Source of the DNA: a virus
Lineage: Duplodnaviria > Caudoviricetes
DNA: 64,000 nucleotides
Reading direction: 5' to 3' (one strand)
Virus record (IMG/VR): IMGVR_UViG_3300031555_002578
Part shown: in pieces, positions 49,256 through 59,299 of the stretch
Layout of the letters: each line of letters begins with the position of its first letter
How positions within the stretch are numbered: position 1 is the stretch's first letter
The notes under the pieces: generated by a model
The model's input: the letters and a program-made list of their open reading frames with translations, nothing else
Database searches by the model: none
What the model was told of the DNA's origin: nothing
Translations under genes and position numbers: made by a program

Positions 49256-49994
49256 CTAAGTACCTCCACTTGAATATTTTTTGTATTAACTTATTCGCAA
49301 AATTATCAATAATAAAACTCAAAATCATAATAACCATGATTCCCATGAACACTAAATCTGTTCTACCTCTTGCAGAAGATTGTTGAATGATATATCCAAG
49401 ACCTTTTACTGCATTAATTTGTTCACATACTGCTATATATGTAAATCCAATGCCTATCATCATAATGAAACTATTCATTACACTTGGAAGACAAGCAGGA
49501 ATTTGAATTTTAGTAATTGTTTGGAATCTACTCATTCCTAATGTCAATCCTGTATCAATTAGGTCTTGATTAATTTCATCTAAACATAAGATTACAGATG
49601 GCATCATATATACAAATGTTGCAATAAAAAGAAAAGCCACTTTCATAGATTCTTCAATGCCAAACCACATAATTAATAATGGATAAAATGCTGTAACAGG
49701 AACATATCTTAATGTACTTATAATTGGATGTAAAATATCATAAGCAATTTTTGAATTATAAATTAGCAATGCTACTGGAAATGCAACTAAACCAGATATA
49801 ATTGTTGCAACAAAAATTCTTCTTAATGAATACATCATGGCAATAAGTAATTGTCCATCAGAAATCATCTCTAGCATTGCAGAAAAAACATCTTTTGGTG
49901 AGGGTATGAAAATAGGATTTACAAATATTGATGTTACTTGCCATATAGCAAGTATTGAAATCAATAAGAACAATCGTTTTATAACTGTTTTCAT
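49242..49994 (-). CDS. ABC transporter permease (SsuC/TauC-like)
   Basis: PSP..V, RYVP..A..PL...WFGI.E, EAA-like loop, E...A..GLG. Confidence 0.88.
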   Translation of the reverse strand: MKTVIKRLFLLISILAIWQVTSIFVNPIFIPSPKDVFSAMLEMISDGQLLIAMMYSLRRIFVATIISGLVAFPVALLIYNSKIAYDILHPIISTLRYVPVTAFYPLLIMWFGIEESMKVAFLFIATFVYMMPSVILCLDEINQDLIDTGLTLGMSRFQTITKIQIPACLPSVMNSFIMMIGIGFTYIAVCEQINAVKGLGYIIQQSSARGRTDLVFMGIMVIMILSFIIDNFANKLIQKIFKWRYLDDRN

Positions 49995-50444
49995 TTATAT
50001 ATCCTCCAACTCTTTCTTAATATCTCTTTCTCTAAACCACATATTTATATCATACCATCTATCTTTTTCTGTTAAATAGAACACATAATCAGCATGTACT
50101 TTTTGGAAAAAGTTGTAATAAAAATTTCTTCCATATGTAGTACAGATTTCCCAAAAATAAGGGTCAATGTCTTGAAATATCTTCTCTATTGTCAGTATTT
50201 CATAATTTAAACTATTAATTGATTTATTGATATCTCTTTTCTCTTTTGAGAAAAACATTGTTTCATCTCTTTCATCTTGCAAATCTCTCATTGCATTTCG
50301 CAGTTCAATATATCGTGGAAATATTTTAATAATTTGCTCAATGTTCTCTTTTAAAAATGAATTATCTTCAAACTTAGAATTATATATCCAAGCAATTTTA
50401 TATGGGCATTCTTTTGTCGGTTCATGGATAAATGTATTTTTCAT
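49995..50444 (-). CDS. hypothetical protein
   Basis: ORF in operon. Confidence 0.5.
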   Translation of the reverse strand: MKNTFIHEPTKECPYKIAWIYNSKFEDNSFLKENIEQIIKIFPRYIELRNAMRDLQDERDETMFFSKEKRDINKSINSLNYEILTIEKIFQDIDPYFWEICTTYGRNFYYNFFQKVHADYVFYLTEKDRWYDINMWFRERDIKKELEDI

Positions 50445-50818
50445 TATTCATCATCCTTTACGTCCATTATTTGTACAGGTTTAGGGAAAAAATATGGTGT
50501 AATCATTGGCTTAATAACTACATCAATTATATCTTGTGGAACATTTCTCGCACACAAAATTTTGTTAAATCTTGTTCCTTTAAAACCACTACCTGTTATG
50601 CATATAATTTTCATTACACTTCCATTATTAAAAATTAATTCTGTTCTTGTGTTAAATCTTAACCTCTCTTGAAAGTTCTGATTATTTTCTTTATATTCAA
50701 GAATAAATTTATCAATCAGTTCTTTTTCTTCTTTTTCTGATACAATAATTGCACACTTTAAGAAAGGATTAATCTCACACAAATATATCATTTCAATAAT
50801 ACTTTCTTTAAATTTCAT
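50444..50818 (-). CDS. hypothetical protein resembling a fragment of a terminase-type ATPase
   Basis: IFNNGS.M.I...KG.R.N pattern with no Walker A. Confidence 0.35.
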   Translation of the reverse strand: MKFKESIIEMIYLCEINPFLKCAIIVSEKEEKELIDKFILEYKENNQNFQERLRFNTRTELIFNNGSVMKIICITGSGFKGTRFNKILCARNVPQDIIDVVIKPMITPYFFPKPVQIMDVKDDE

Positions 50819-50822
50819 TTAA

Positions 50823-51119
50823 TTACTCCATAAACATATCTCTTAAAACTACCATTGTTTCAATTAATTCTTCTAACATAGGGAATTTATTCATAGAAAT
50901 ATACTGTTCATTATGTGCTGTTTCATGGCTTACAAATGGAGCAAATGTAATATTCCCATTGTCATAACAAACAACACCAATTGGAACGCCCATTTTGTCT
51001 AACTGAAAATGATAATGATTGCTACCATTCATAAGTTTAATATTTACATTATCGCAACCAGTTTTTATTTTTAATTCTTCTGCAAATACTTTATAGTTTT
51101 TAAATTTTACAATTTCCAT
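50823..51119 (-). CDS. hypothetical protein
   Basis: RBS aggagg precedes MEIVKF. Confidence 0.5.
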   Translation of the reverse strand: MEIVKFKNYKVFAEELKIKTGCDNVNIKLMNGSNHYHFQLDKMGVPIGVVCYDNGNITFAPFVSHETAHNEQYISMNKFPMLEELIETMVVLRDMFME

Positions 51120-51293
51120 TTTATTCCTCCTGAAAATATTAAGCACCAATACTCACCACATCTTCTATTTTTTCATAAATAGGGGTTTCTTGTCCCTCAA
51201 TCCAAATTTCATATGTATCATTTATTTTGTCTATAAAATATACTTGATGGATAATATGTTTTGATTTTAAAACAACAATCATTGATTTACCTC

Positions 51294-51497
51294 TTATTTT
51301 TTAACTAAATTTTCGTCAATTGGTAGGTTACAAAGTACTTTAGAAGCAATAACATAGCCATACTGAATTCCTTGTCTAAAAATCATTTCTTCTAATTCTG
51401 TTATTGGTCTACCTGCATTTGCATATGTTTCTTTATATTTATTAATGATTGTATCAATTTCTTTTTGTAAAAATTTTTGCAAATCCATTAGTTTCAC
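51294..51497 (-). CDS. hypothetical protein
   Basis: ORF in operon. Confidence 0.45.
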   Translation of the reverse strand: MKLMDLQKFLQKEIDTIINKYKETYANAGRPITELEEMIFRQGIQYGYVIASKVLCNLPIDENLVKK

Positions 51498-51937
51498 TCC
51501 AATCCAAACTGTTTAGCAATTTCGTCAATTTGTAATTCGACTTTTTTATCTTCAGATAACAGTTTTTCAAGTTGTTTTTCTGCTGTTTTTAATCCCAGTT
51601 CTTTATTTCTATAATTTAGTACTTCAATTTTTTCTCTAATATCTTGCATCCACTCAACAGCAGTGAAGTTACCATACATTAAGGTATAATCTTCAAGCAC
51701 TTTTCCATAATAGTCACCAGTTTTTAAATCTTCACAAGCCAACACTTCCGCACCAATCATTACAAGTAAGTTTTTCAATTCAAATGGTGTCATAGCATGT
51801 ATGTTATAATCATTACCATGAAAACTTAACATACAATTTGTAATTGGTTTAAAAACAGGCTTATTTTCTTTTAGGTCTGTTTTCATTGATTCAATTTTAT
51901 TCTTTAAAACAAGGATTTTATCGTCATTTTTACTCAT
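51494..51937 (-). CDS. coiled-coil phage protein
   Basis: P.TNC, W..DI, LLSEDKK.EL. Confidence 0.6.
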   Translation of the reverse strand: MSKNDDKILVLKNKIESMKTDLKENKPVFKPITNCMLSFHGNDYNIHAMTPFELKNLLVMIGAEVLACEDLKTGDYYGKVLEDYTLMYGNFTAVEWMQDIREKIEVLNYRNKELGLKTAEKQLEKLLSEDKKVELQIDEIAKQFGLE

Positions 51938-53135
51938 ATTTTGTTGTCCCCCTTTGGTATATCTTGGTATTTCTTAGTCTAGTAACGTACAATTTTGGTT
52001 CAAAAGCAGAATGAATTTCTTCTAACGAAACATTTTCCATTCCAAAGACTGTTCTCCATTTAATTTCTTTTTCTATAATTCCCCATGACATTATTTCGAC
52101 TTCTTTTCTTTTTGTTACCCTAAATTTTGTATCTTCTTCAAAATGACTTAATGGTTTTGCTTTATATATTTCAATTTCACCATCACGCATAGATAAAAAT
52201 TCAATATCATAGTAATATCTATTATACTGTACCTTCTCTTTCATATAATCCAACGAGATATCTTCAAGAGTAGAACCTTCATAGTCGATTTGGGAGAATT
52301 CATAAGATGATTGTAACCTTTCATAATATTCTGAATATTCAGGGTCACATTCTTCTTTTACACAATCAATAAACAAATCTTTGCTAATTGATTTATATTT
52401 TGTTATCCATTTTCCATCTTCCATAAATACATATCTTTTACCGTATGGAATATCATATCTTACATTATATTTAACTTTATAATTCCATCTTGAAGATGTT
52501 CTTGCTTCATCTGGTAGTTTGTCATATTTTGTAACAATTTGTTTGTTTCCATTTGTGTCTGTGTATTCATAACCTGCACCAAACGTTTCAAATTGTCCCA
52601 TATAAACAAATTCAGCACCAGATTTCTTTTTATATGTAGCACCAACAATTAAATCCTTTGCTCTGATTGGTTGTCTTTCTTCTAATTTTTTAGTAAATTC
52701 CATAATTTCTTTATAATCAACAGAACTTGTTGGAATCAGAATCAAATCTTTGCCACACCAACCATATACAAATTTTCCTTCCAGACCTTTACCTACAATA
52801 GAAGATGTATTCTCAAGAATATAAAGTAAATTTTCAATAGTTATTTCAAATTCAAAACCTCTTGGGTCATATACTCTACAGTATGCTTGTCTTTGCTCCC
52901 AATAAGAATAACGATAATCACCAACTTTTTTATTTAAAACAAAACCTTCGGTTGGCTCATTATCAAATTCTGTATTTGGGATATTTATATCTCTCCAACT
53001 ATTCCAAGACCTTTCTTTTCTTAGTTTTCCTTTTTCGTCATAATAAATTACATAAGCAAGTTTTCCTGTATATGTATCTGGTCTGTTTTGATATCCAACA
53101 TTAATACATTTAGGAATATAAATGTTTGTATTCAA
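51930..53135 (-). CDS. conserved large-phage protein of unknown function
   Basis: VGYQNR.DTYTGKLAY...SWRD...N.P..GF...RVYDPRGFEFEI...G.FVYGW; TTG start with RBS gaggtga. Confidence 0.65.
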   Translation of the reverse strand: MNTNIYIPKCINVGYQNRPDTYTGKLAYVIYYDEKGKLRKERSWNSWRDINIPNTEFDNEPTEGFVLNKKVGDYRYSYWEQRQAYCRVYDPRGFEFEITIENLLYILENTSSIVGKGLEGKFVYGWCGKDLILIPTSSVDYKEIMEFTKKLEERQPIRAKDLIVGATYKKKSGAEFVYMGQFETFGAGYEYTDTNGNKQIVTKYDKLPDEARTSSRWNYKVKYNVRYDIPYGKRYVFMEDGKWITKYKSISKDLFIDCVKEECDPEYSEYYERLQSSYEFSQIDYEGSTLEDISLDYMKEKVQYNRYYYDIEFLSMRDGEIEIYKAKPLSHFEEDTKFRVTKRKEVEIMSWGIIEKEIKWRTVFGMENVSLEEIHSAFEPKLYVTRLRNTKIYQRGTTKYE

Positions 53136-53400
53136 TTATTTCACCTCTTTAAAAACTTTTAGTTTGATTGAAATTACGGAATGTGGCAACTCCTGCTGTT
53201 TGAGTTGTTTTAAATGATTGAATGAAAATATGTTGGCTATACAATGGTTTTCCACAAATAGGACATACTTGGTATTCTTTATATTTATTTTTCATTTTAA
53301 AACTATCACATTTACTGCACATAATTTCACCTCTTATAAAATAAAAATGAGTTACCTACTTTATAATTCGATAATTATATTTCAGTAACTCCATATTTTT

Positions 53401-53628
53401 TTAACGGTCTATAATTACTTTTCTACCAGATAATTCAATAAGTGCTTTTAAATTTGCTTTAGCACTATAAGAATAATCGAATAATTCTGTTTCATCATTA
53501 TCGTTAATCCATAAATCATGTTCAATTTCTTTTACGATATTATACGCTTGATTTAAAATTTCAAATTCAGAATCTTCTAATGAGAAAGAAATGTCTTTAT
53601 AAACAGATACATCTGCCATTATTATCAC
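53401..53628 (-). CDS. hypothetical protein
   Basis: ORF in operon. Confidence 0.5.
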   Translation of the reverse strand: MIIMADVSVYKDISFSLEDSEFEILNQAYNIVKEIEHDLWINDNDETELFDYSYSAKANLKALIELSGRKVIIDR

Positions 53629-53981
53629 TCCATATTGCTAATTGCTTCTTCAATTGCTTCATTAAAACTACATCCACCATTATAATACATAACATGGAAA
53701 TCAATTGTACCATCTAAATTTTGAGTAGCATTAAATATATCATCATCTGGGTCGATAGATATTTTCTCAATAATTTCATATACATTATGACCTGCAACAA
53801 CATACTTGTTATATAATTCATCATATACAGCCCAAACGAAATCTCCTTCATAAAAATCTAAATCGATATTAGTTTTATTACATTCTTTTAAAATGCGTTC
53901 ACATTGTTCATTTAATGTTTCATTTTTATGAAGTTTTGGTACAAATTTTAATTTACCTTTATATTGAACTGTTTCACTCAT
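53625..53981 (-). CDS. hypothetical protein
   Basis: MSETV.YKGKL...YYNGGC.F.EA; RBS aaggag. Confidence 0.55.
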   Translation of the reverse strand: MSETVQYKGKLKFVPKLHKNETLNEQCERILKECNKTNIDLDFYEGDFVWAVYDELYNKYVVAGHNVYEIIEKISIDPDDDIFNATQNLDGTIDFHVMYYNGGCSFNEAIEEAISNME

Positions 53982-54171
53982 TAAATTCTCCTTCTTCATA
54001 TTCTTCCAAATACTGTTTAGATGCTAATTCACGTTTTGTTCTTGAATGTTTTCTATTACCTTCACACCAATCACAACCACCATGATTTCTACATCTTTTA
54101 TCAATTGCTTTTCCACCAGTATAGGGTTTACGTCTTTCTTTCTTATGTTCAATTGCTTTGTTCAGTGTCAT
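53974..54171 (-). CDS. small basic Zn-binding phage protein
   Basis: KAI.H.KE.RKPY...CRNHGGC.WC..NR. Confidence 0.6.
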   Translation of the reverse strand: MTLNKAIEHKKERRKPYTGGKAIDKRCRNHGGCDWCEGNRKHSRTKRELASKQYLEEYEEGEFNE

Positions 54172-54526
54172 CTTCGTTATCCTCTTGGTAATATGCATTG
54201 CATTCATTAATTGCCTTTGTAATTACTTCTGTGTTGAATTTTATTTTATATAGGTCTGTTATATCCCTCTCATTATATGTACAGTCTGCTTCTCCTTCAC
54301 TATACAAAAATGAACCGCACATAGGACAAAATACATACTGTTGAGAAATATTTAATTCTCCAGTTTTAAAATCCTTTTCTCCTACTTGATGAGTGAAATT
54401 ACAAAAAGGACAAATAGCATAAATAGCCATATCACCTTTAAATTTTTCATATTGCCAATTAAGTTTTGCTTCTAATTCTACAACAATTCTGTCTTCATTT
54501 TCTTCCATAATTTTCATATGAATCAC
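54149..54526 (-). CDS. zinc-ribbon protein
   Basis: CPFC...FCPMCG. Confidence 0.55.
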   Translation of the reverse strand: MIHMKIMEENEDRIVVELEAKLNWQYEKFKGDMAIYAICPFCNFTHQVGEKDFKTGELNISQQYVFCPMCGSFLYSEGEADCTYNERDITDLYKIKFNTEVITKAINECNAYYQEDNEDDTEQSN

Positions 54527-54545
54527 CTATCAAAAATAATATTAA

Positions 54546-54917
54546 TTAACTATCTGTAAACCAATAACCTGTTGTTAAATATCTTAGTGAACCTACATTA
54601 TTAGTAATTTCTTCCCATTCTTTATCTCCATTATCTGATTCTGGATAAACAATACATCTAATAAAATCTGTATCATTAGCATATTGATTCATAATTTTTT
54701 CTTCTTCAAATAATGCTTTCTTTGCAATTTCAATATGTTCTTCATCATTTGAATTTAGATAATCTTCAATAATAGAATCTTTAATTGATAAATGTCTTCC
54801 AAACCATAAGAAATCACTCCATTTGATTTCTTCATTCATAAGGTCTTCTTTAGATAAATTGTCCCATTTTTTTAAATATTCTTTTTGTTCTTTTGTTAAT
54901 TCCATATTCATTTTCAT
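54546..54917 (-). CDS. hypothetical protein
   Basis: ORF in operon. Confidence 0.5.
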   Translation of the reverse strand: MKMNMELTKEQKEYLKKWDNLSKEDLMNEEIKWSDFLWFGRHLSIKDSIIEDYLNSNDEEHIEIAKKALFEEEKIMNQYANDTDFIRCIVYPESDNGDKEWEEITNNVGSLRYLTTGYWFTDS

Positions 54918-55177
54918 TCTCCTTTATAAACTTGAATTGTGCCATCAGTATTATAGAGTGGTGTAATACCAAATCCATATGACCCATAATGGATAAAATA
55001 TTTTATTTTTGTATCATTAGCATAAACTATAAATTCATAATCTTTCCATTTCTCCAAAACGGTAAAATATCCACCCATCAATTGTTTTCTGTATGTGTCG
55101 TTATTTTTATTTTGATGGTCTTCACCACACCCAGATAAGCAAAATACCATCATGATTAATAATATTAATTTTTTCAT
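54914..55177 (-). CDS. lipoprotein
   Basis: MKK-hydrophobic-LSGC lipobox; GITPLYN.DG. Confidence 0.7.
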   Translation of the reverse strand: MKKLILLIMMVFCLSGCGEDHQNKNNDTYRKQLMGGYFTVLEKWKDYEFIVYANDTKIKYFIHYGSYGFGITPLYNTDGTIQVYKGE

Positions 55178-55926
55178 TCTAGCCACCTATTTTCTAATCT
55201 ATAAAATCCATATACTGCTAAAGCAGTTAATGGAAACCAAAGAACCCAGAATAATCCTACATAAAAAGACCCATTAGATACTAGCATTTTATATGTTTCT
55301 TCTGTTGTTTGGTCATCATAAAAATTGGTGTTTTCTGGAATAGTATTGTCTTTTAGATTAGCAAAAATTGTACCTTTAAATTTTGTAGGTGTACCATAAT
55401 ATTTATATCTAATATGAGAAGATTCTTTGATTGTCTTAATATGGTCTGGAGAAGGAATGTCAAATTTAACAGAATCAAATACAACATCACTAAATTTAAT
55501 TTGTTTACAAGTTAGTTCATCTTGTCCTGCATAATCCCAAGTCCAATAATGTTCTGTTCTTGTCTGATAATGTTTTCCGACTTTATATCTAACAGTTCTA
55601 GTATGCATTGTATATTTTTCTTTTACTTTTTTAGCATACATATATTGTCCATCAATTTCTGGATAAGAAACAGTATCAACTGCTTCTAAATTTCCAAATA
55701 CAAATGCATTGCCAACATTTGTTTCCATACCATATTTAAATAAATCAGAATCTTCAATTTTGATTGCTTTATTGTATACTTCATTTCTATCAAGAATTGA
55801 ATCAGAAATTTTATTTGTAATCACTATACCAATCAGTAAAGATATAATAATAATACATATACTAAATAATATTTCTCTTTTTGTTATTTCTGTTCCATCT
55901 AAATTTCTTTTAACAACTTTACTCAT
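55174..55926 (-). CDS. two-TM membrane protein, LemA partner
   Basis: N- and C-terminal TM helices flanking an extracellular domain; directly follows lemA. Confidence 0.6.
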   Translation of the reverse strand: MSKVVKRNLDGTEITKREILFSICIIIISLLIGIVITNKISDSILDRNEVYNKAIKIEDSDLFKYGMETNVGNAFVFGNLEAVDTVSYPEIDGQYMYAKKVKEKYTMHTRTVRYKVGKHYQTRTEHYWTWDYAGQDELTCKQIKFSDVVFDSVKFDIPSPDHIKTIKESSHIRYKYYGTPTKFKGTIFANLKDNTIPENTNFYDDQTTEETYKMLVSNGSFYVGLFWVLWFPLTALAVYGFYRLENRWLE

Positions 55927-55929
55927 ATA

Positions 55930-56478
55930 TTAATCCTCAAATAAGTTTGTAGGAGCATCTTCACTTACACCGTAATCTAAATATTCATAATCCATAATTT
56001 CATATCCTAGAATACCTAAGAAGTTTCTAGCAGGAAATTTTCTAACATATCTATTATATTCTTTGACTTGCTGATTGAAGTTTTCTCTATGTTCTGCAAT
56101 CATATTTTCTGTAATAGATAGTTCATTCATCAATTGTTTATAGTTTTCATTTGCTTTTAATTCTGGATATGCTTCTGCTACTGCGGTAATTGCTGTCATA
56201 GCACCTTCAATATCTCCTGCTTGTCCACGCATTGCAACAGTTTCTTTTAGCAGAGTTGCTTCGTGTTCATTATAGTCTTCTACGCAATCAACTAGATTAC
56301 CAATTAGGTCAATTCTTCTTTTTTCTTGCACATTAATTGCAGATTGTGCGGAATTTACCTGTTCTTCCAAAGAGAATGCCCTGTTCTGATATCCTTGAAC
56401 ACCAAACACAATAAATAGTGCAATAGCAACTACAATGCCTACAATAATACCAACCAATTTCATCTCAGATTTATTCAT
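55930..56478 (-). CDS. lemA: LemA family protein
   Basis: N-terminal TM, RR.DLI.NLV, E.YPELKAN, L..TEN.I...R..FN..V..YN, FP. Confidence 0.88.
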   Translation of the reverse strand: MNKSEMKLVGIIVGIVVAIALFIVFGVQGYQNRAFSLEEQVNSAQSAINVQEKRRIDLIGNLVDCVEDYNEHEATLLKETVAMRGQAGDIEGAMTAITAVAEAYPELKANENYKQLMNELSITENMIAEHRENFNQQVKEYNRYVRKFPARNFLGILGYEIMDYEYLDYGVSEDAPTNLFED

Positions 56479-56493
56479 TTTAATTATCCTTTC

Positions 56494-57159
56494 TTATAAT
56501 AAATATGGTAATACTTTAATATACTTTTCTTTTAATCTATCTGTTAGTGTATCTTTTTGAGCAAAATGGTCTTTCATGTCAGCAAGTTTAACCCACCAAG
56601 CACATTGACCCCACATAGAATTTGTGTGTGCTTTAATTTTTTGAATATAATATAAATAATCCTCGTCTGGTTCTTTTGTTAATGTTTGTAGTGCAATAAT
56701 AAACATATTTTGCAATCTACCATTTACAGGATATGGAACATCATTTATATTGCAATTTGTATCTTCTATAATGTCATGCAAAATAGCAAGACACATACAA
56801 TCTAATCTATATTCTTCTGGAATTAACATATTGCATTTTACATATTCAGTAACTCGTTTTGCATGAGCAAAAGTTTCTTCATCATAATATTTAGATGCAA
56901 AACTCAGACAATTTTCATAATCTTTTTTCCAATTAATTTCTTCAATCATTGCGTAATTACCATCATCACCACAATACATTTTTGCTTCACAATATGTCTC
57001 TCCCATAGCATCCGTTTTCATAATACCCGTACCATAAGTAGACCAATCTATTGCCTGTCCATATTCTGTATCATGATAAACAAAGTAATTTCTTACATAT
57101 TTTTTACACATTTCTTTTTTAGAACAATTACTTCCTTTACATATTGCCATCGGTATCAC
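56494..57159 (-). CDS. HD-domain hydrolase (SpoT/Mesh1-like) with Cys-rich N-terminus
   Basis: H..RV, LHDIIEDT, LTK, VKLAD..DH. Confidence 0.75.
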   Translation of the reverse strand: MIPMAICKGSNCSKKEMCKKYVRNYFVYHDTEYGQAIDWSTYGTGIMKTDAMGETYCEAKMYCGDDGNYAMIEEINWKKDYENCLSFASKYYDEETFAHAKRVTEYVKCNMLIPEEYRLDCMCLAILHDIIEDTNCNINDVPYPVNGRLQNMFIIALQTLTKEPDEDYLYYIQKIKAHTNSMWGQCAWWVKLADMKDHFAQKDTLTDRLKEKYIKVLPYLL

Positions 57160-57179
57160 CTCCTAACTAAATATGTATA

Positions 57180-57608
57180 TTACTTGTGAATATATCTGTC
57201 TACTGGATTCATGTTATTTTTATCTTCCCAATATTTAAAATTTAAATAATTCGCAATATCTTCAAGGTCATTAAATACTCTTGCCCCATTTGATTCTACA
57301 AGTCTTTCTACAGCACAAAGACTATGATAAACTTGTTTATCCCATACTTTACCAAGAACACAGAATAAAGTTTTTTCTGGTCTTTTATTTGAATCATCTA
57401 CAACTTCTGCAATAGAATAAAATCCTTTCATCCCAGAAGTAATTACATATAATACATAATCTGATTCTTCTCTTTCTTTCACTTCACGCAGTCTATCTTC
57501 TTCATTCCAATTCTTTACAATAGGGTTATAATAATCACATTTAATCATTGGAATAAGTTTGTCACGCCACTTATATCCACTACAAGTACCACCTAAAAAT
57601 ACTTTCAC
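57180..57608 (-). CDS. nucleoside 2-deoxyribosyltransferase-like protein
   Basis: VFLGGT...WR...YNP.V..W...E...SIAE. Confidence 0.7.
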   Translation of the reverse strand: MKVFLGGTCSGYKWRDKLIPMIKCDYYNPIVKNWNEEDRLREVKEREESDYVLYVITSGMKGFYSIAEVVDDSNKRPEKTLFCVLGKVWDKQVYHSLCAVERLVESNGARVFNDLEDIANYLNFKYWEDKNNMNPVDRYIHK

Positions 57609-57737
57609 TTTATTCCTTCTCTCTATAATGTATAAAATTTTCTTCTTTACATTGGTTCATAGTGTAATCAACATCATCACCATATACTTCACAATACAAA
57701 TTGGTACAATGCACACATAATCTACAATCTACATTTT

Positions 57738-58610
57738 TCATAAACCTTCACCTACATAAATCAAATCATCAATATACTTTCTATCTTCACCTTTAAAAAT
57801 TGGAATATTCTTATCAATAAACCACTGACCTTCGCCAACTTCATTTGTCATCATTTTATTACCCCAAGGTTCTGAAACCATTTTATTTCTAATACAACAA
57901 GAACCATGTTTTTGATATGTAGGTAAATCGTTCCAGTTAATATTTTTCTGTGTTATCAGCATATCTTGAATCATATTACAAGATTTGCCTTGTAATTCTT
58001 TATGACTAAAATTAGCCTGTCCAATCATTTGAATAGAATTTCTTGTTGCATCTAACTGTCTCCAATAAACACAGTTTGTCACTTCTTCTTTGGGAATGTT
58101 AAAACATCTAGCATCAAACATGGCTTTGTTGACTTTTTCATAATAAACTTTATACTCTGCCTCTAATGCATCAAATTCTAATTGTGTACCGCCTTGGTCT
58201 ATTCCTCTTTCATGGAATTCTTTATAAAATTTGAAATCTACAATTTCAAGAAAGAATTTATTAAAAGCCATAGTTGCCATAGAAGCAGAAACACTGCACA
58301 TTTTTTGTACTTCATAATCAAACCATGCTTCTGATGTAAATTTCTGATAATCAATTAAAACAAGCGTAATTTCATCTGACTGTGTATAACCTAGAACACA
58401 ACCTTGAATATTTTCACAAAGATATTTCATTGTTTCTTGCATTGATTTAATTAATACTTCATCAAAAGGTTTCTTAAAACCTCTTGTAAATGTATGGAAT
58501 GCTTTCCCATCAAGTCGGATAATCACAGGTGTTCTTCTCATTAATTTTGTTTTTGGAATTTGTTCATAGAATGTCTTGATTCTAACTCCTAAATCATCGT
58601 TCACTGGCAT
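57738..58610 (-). CDS. Thg1-like tRNA(His) guanylyltransferase / 3'-5' polymerase
   Basis: RLDGKAFH.FT, YTQSDEI, FDAR, WRQ.DA.RNS. Confidence 0.9.
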   Translation of the reverse strand: MPVNDDLGVRIKTFYEQIPKTKLMRRTPVIIRLDGKAFHTFTRGFKKPFDEVLIKSMQETMKYLCENIQGCVLGYTQSDEITLVLIDYQKFTSEAWFDYEVQKMCSVSASMATMAFNKFFLEIVDFKFYKEFHERGIDQGGTQLEFDALEAEYKVYYEKVNKAMFDARCFNIPKEEVTNCVYWRQLDATRNSIQMIGQANFSHKELQGKSCNMIQDMLITQKNINWNDLPTYQKHGSCCIRNKMVSEPWGNKMMTNEVGEGQWFIDKNIPIFKGEDRKYIDDLIYVGEGL

Positions 58611-58771
58611 ATTATCATCTCCTTAATATTAATTTCATATATAATTTTATATATAATTCTTGATACCATTTAAGTTTGATGCCTAACATTTCTTCACAAA
58701 ATTTATACGGATTTCTTTTATAATAATCAATTCTTTCTTGATGTATAAACTTATCTAACTCAGAATAATTT

Positions 58772-58981
58772 TTATTCATTACTACTTCCTCCGATATTAG
58801 TAGGCATTACATCTGTTTTTCTTTGTAACCAATCTACCCACTCTTGTGAGGTTATTAAACAGCAACTACTTTGACTAACATAAATTGTTGCAGGAATAGG
58901 CACATACATATCTGGGTAATTCTCTTTATATTTCTCCCATTGTTCTGGCGTTCCACATCTACCAAAAATTTTTGCACTCAT
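58772..58981 (-). CDS. hypothetical protein
   Basis: ORF in operon. Confidence 0.45.
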   Translation of the reverse strand: MSAKIFGRCGTPEQWEKYKENYPDMYVPIPATIYVSQSSCCLITSQEWVDWLQRKTDVMPTNIGGSSNE

Positions 58982-59295
58982 TTATTCAACCCCTCATACA
59001 TATATTTATATTCTAATAATTGTTGATATAATTTCTTAGAGATTGTAATATGCTCATCAGTATCGTAAACACAAAATACTACTTCTTTTTTACCGTCCAT
59101 TCTAGGCACTTCATATCCGAAAAATCCGTCTTCTTCAAACTTATTCATCTTAATAAAATGTTGGAATACTGCGTCTACAGCATTATCAGTTACATCTATT
59201 CTTGTCTGCGTATTCATAGTGCCTTGCTTTTCATTTACAGTTGCCCAATAAATTGTATTTGAAATTGGAGCAACAACTAATTTTTTCATATGCAT
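58978..59295 (-). CDS. hypothetical phage protein
   Basis: P.SN.IY...DVT..A..AV. Confidence 0.5.
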   Translation of the reverse strand: MHMKKLVVAPISNTIYWATVNEKQGTMNTQTRIDVTDNAVDAVFQHFIKMNKFEEDGFFGYEVPRMDGKKEVVFCVYDTDEHITISKKLYQQLLEYKYMYEGLNK

Positions 59296-59299
59296 TACC

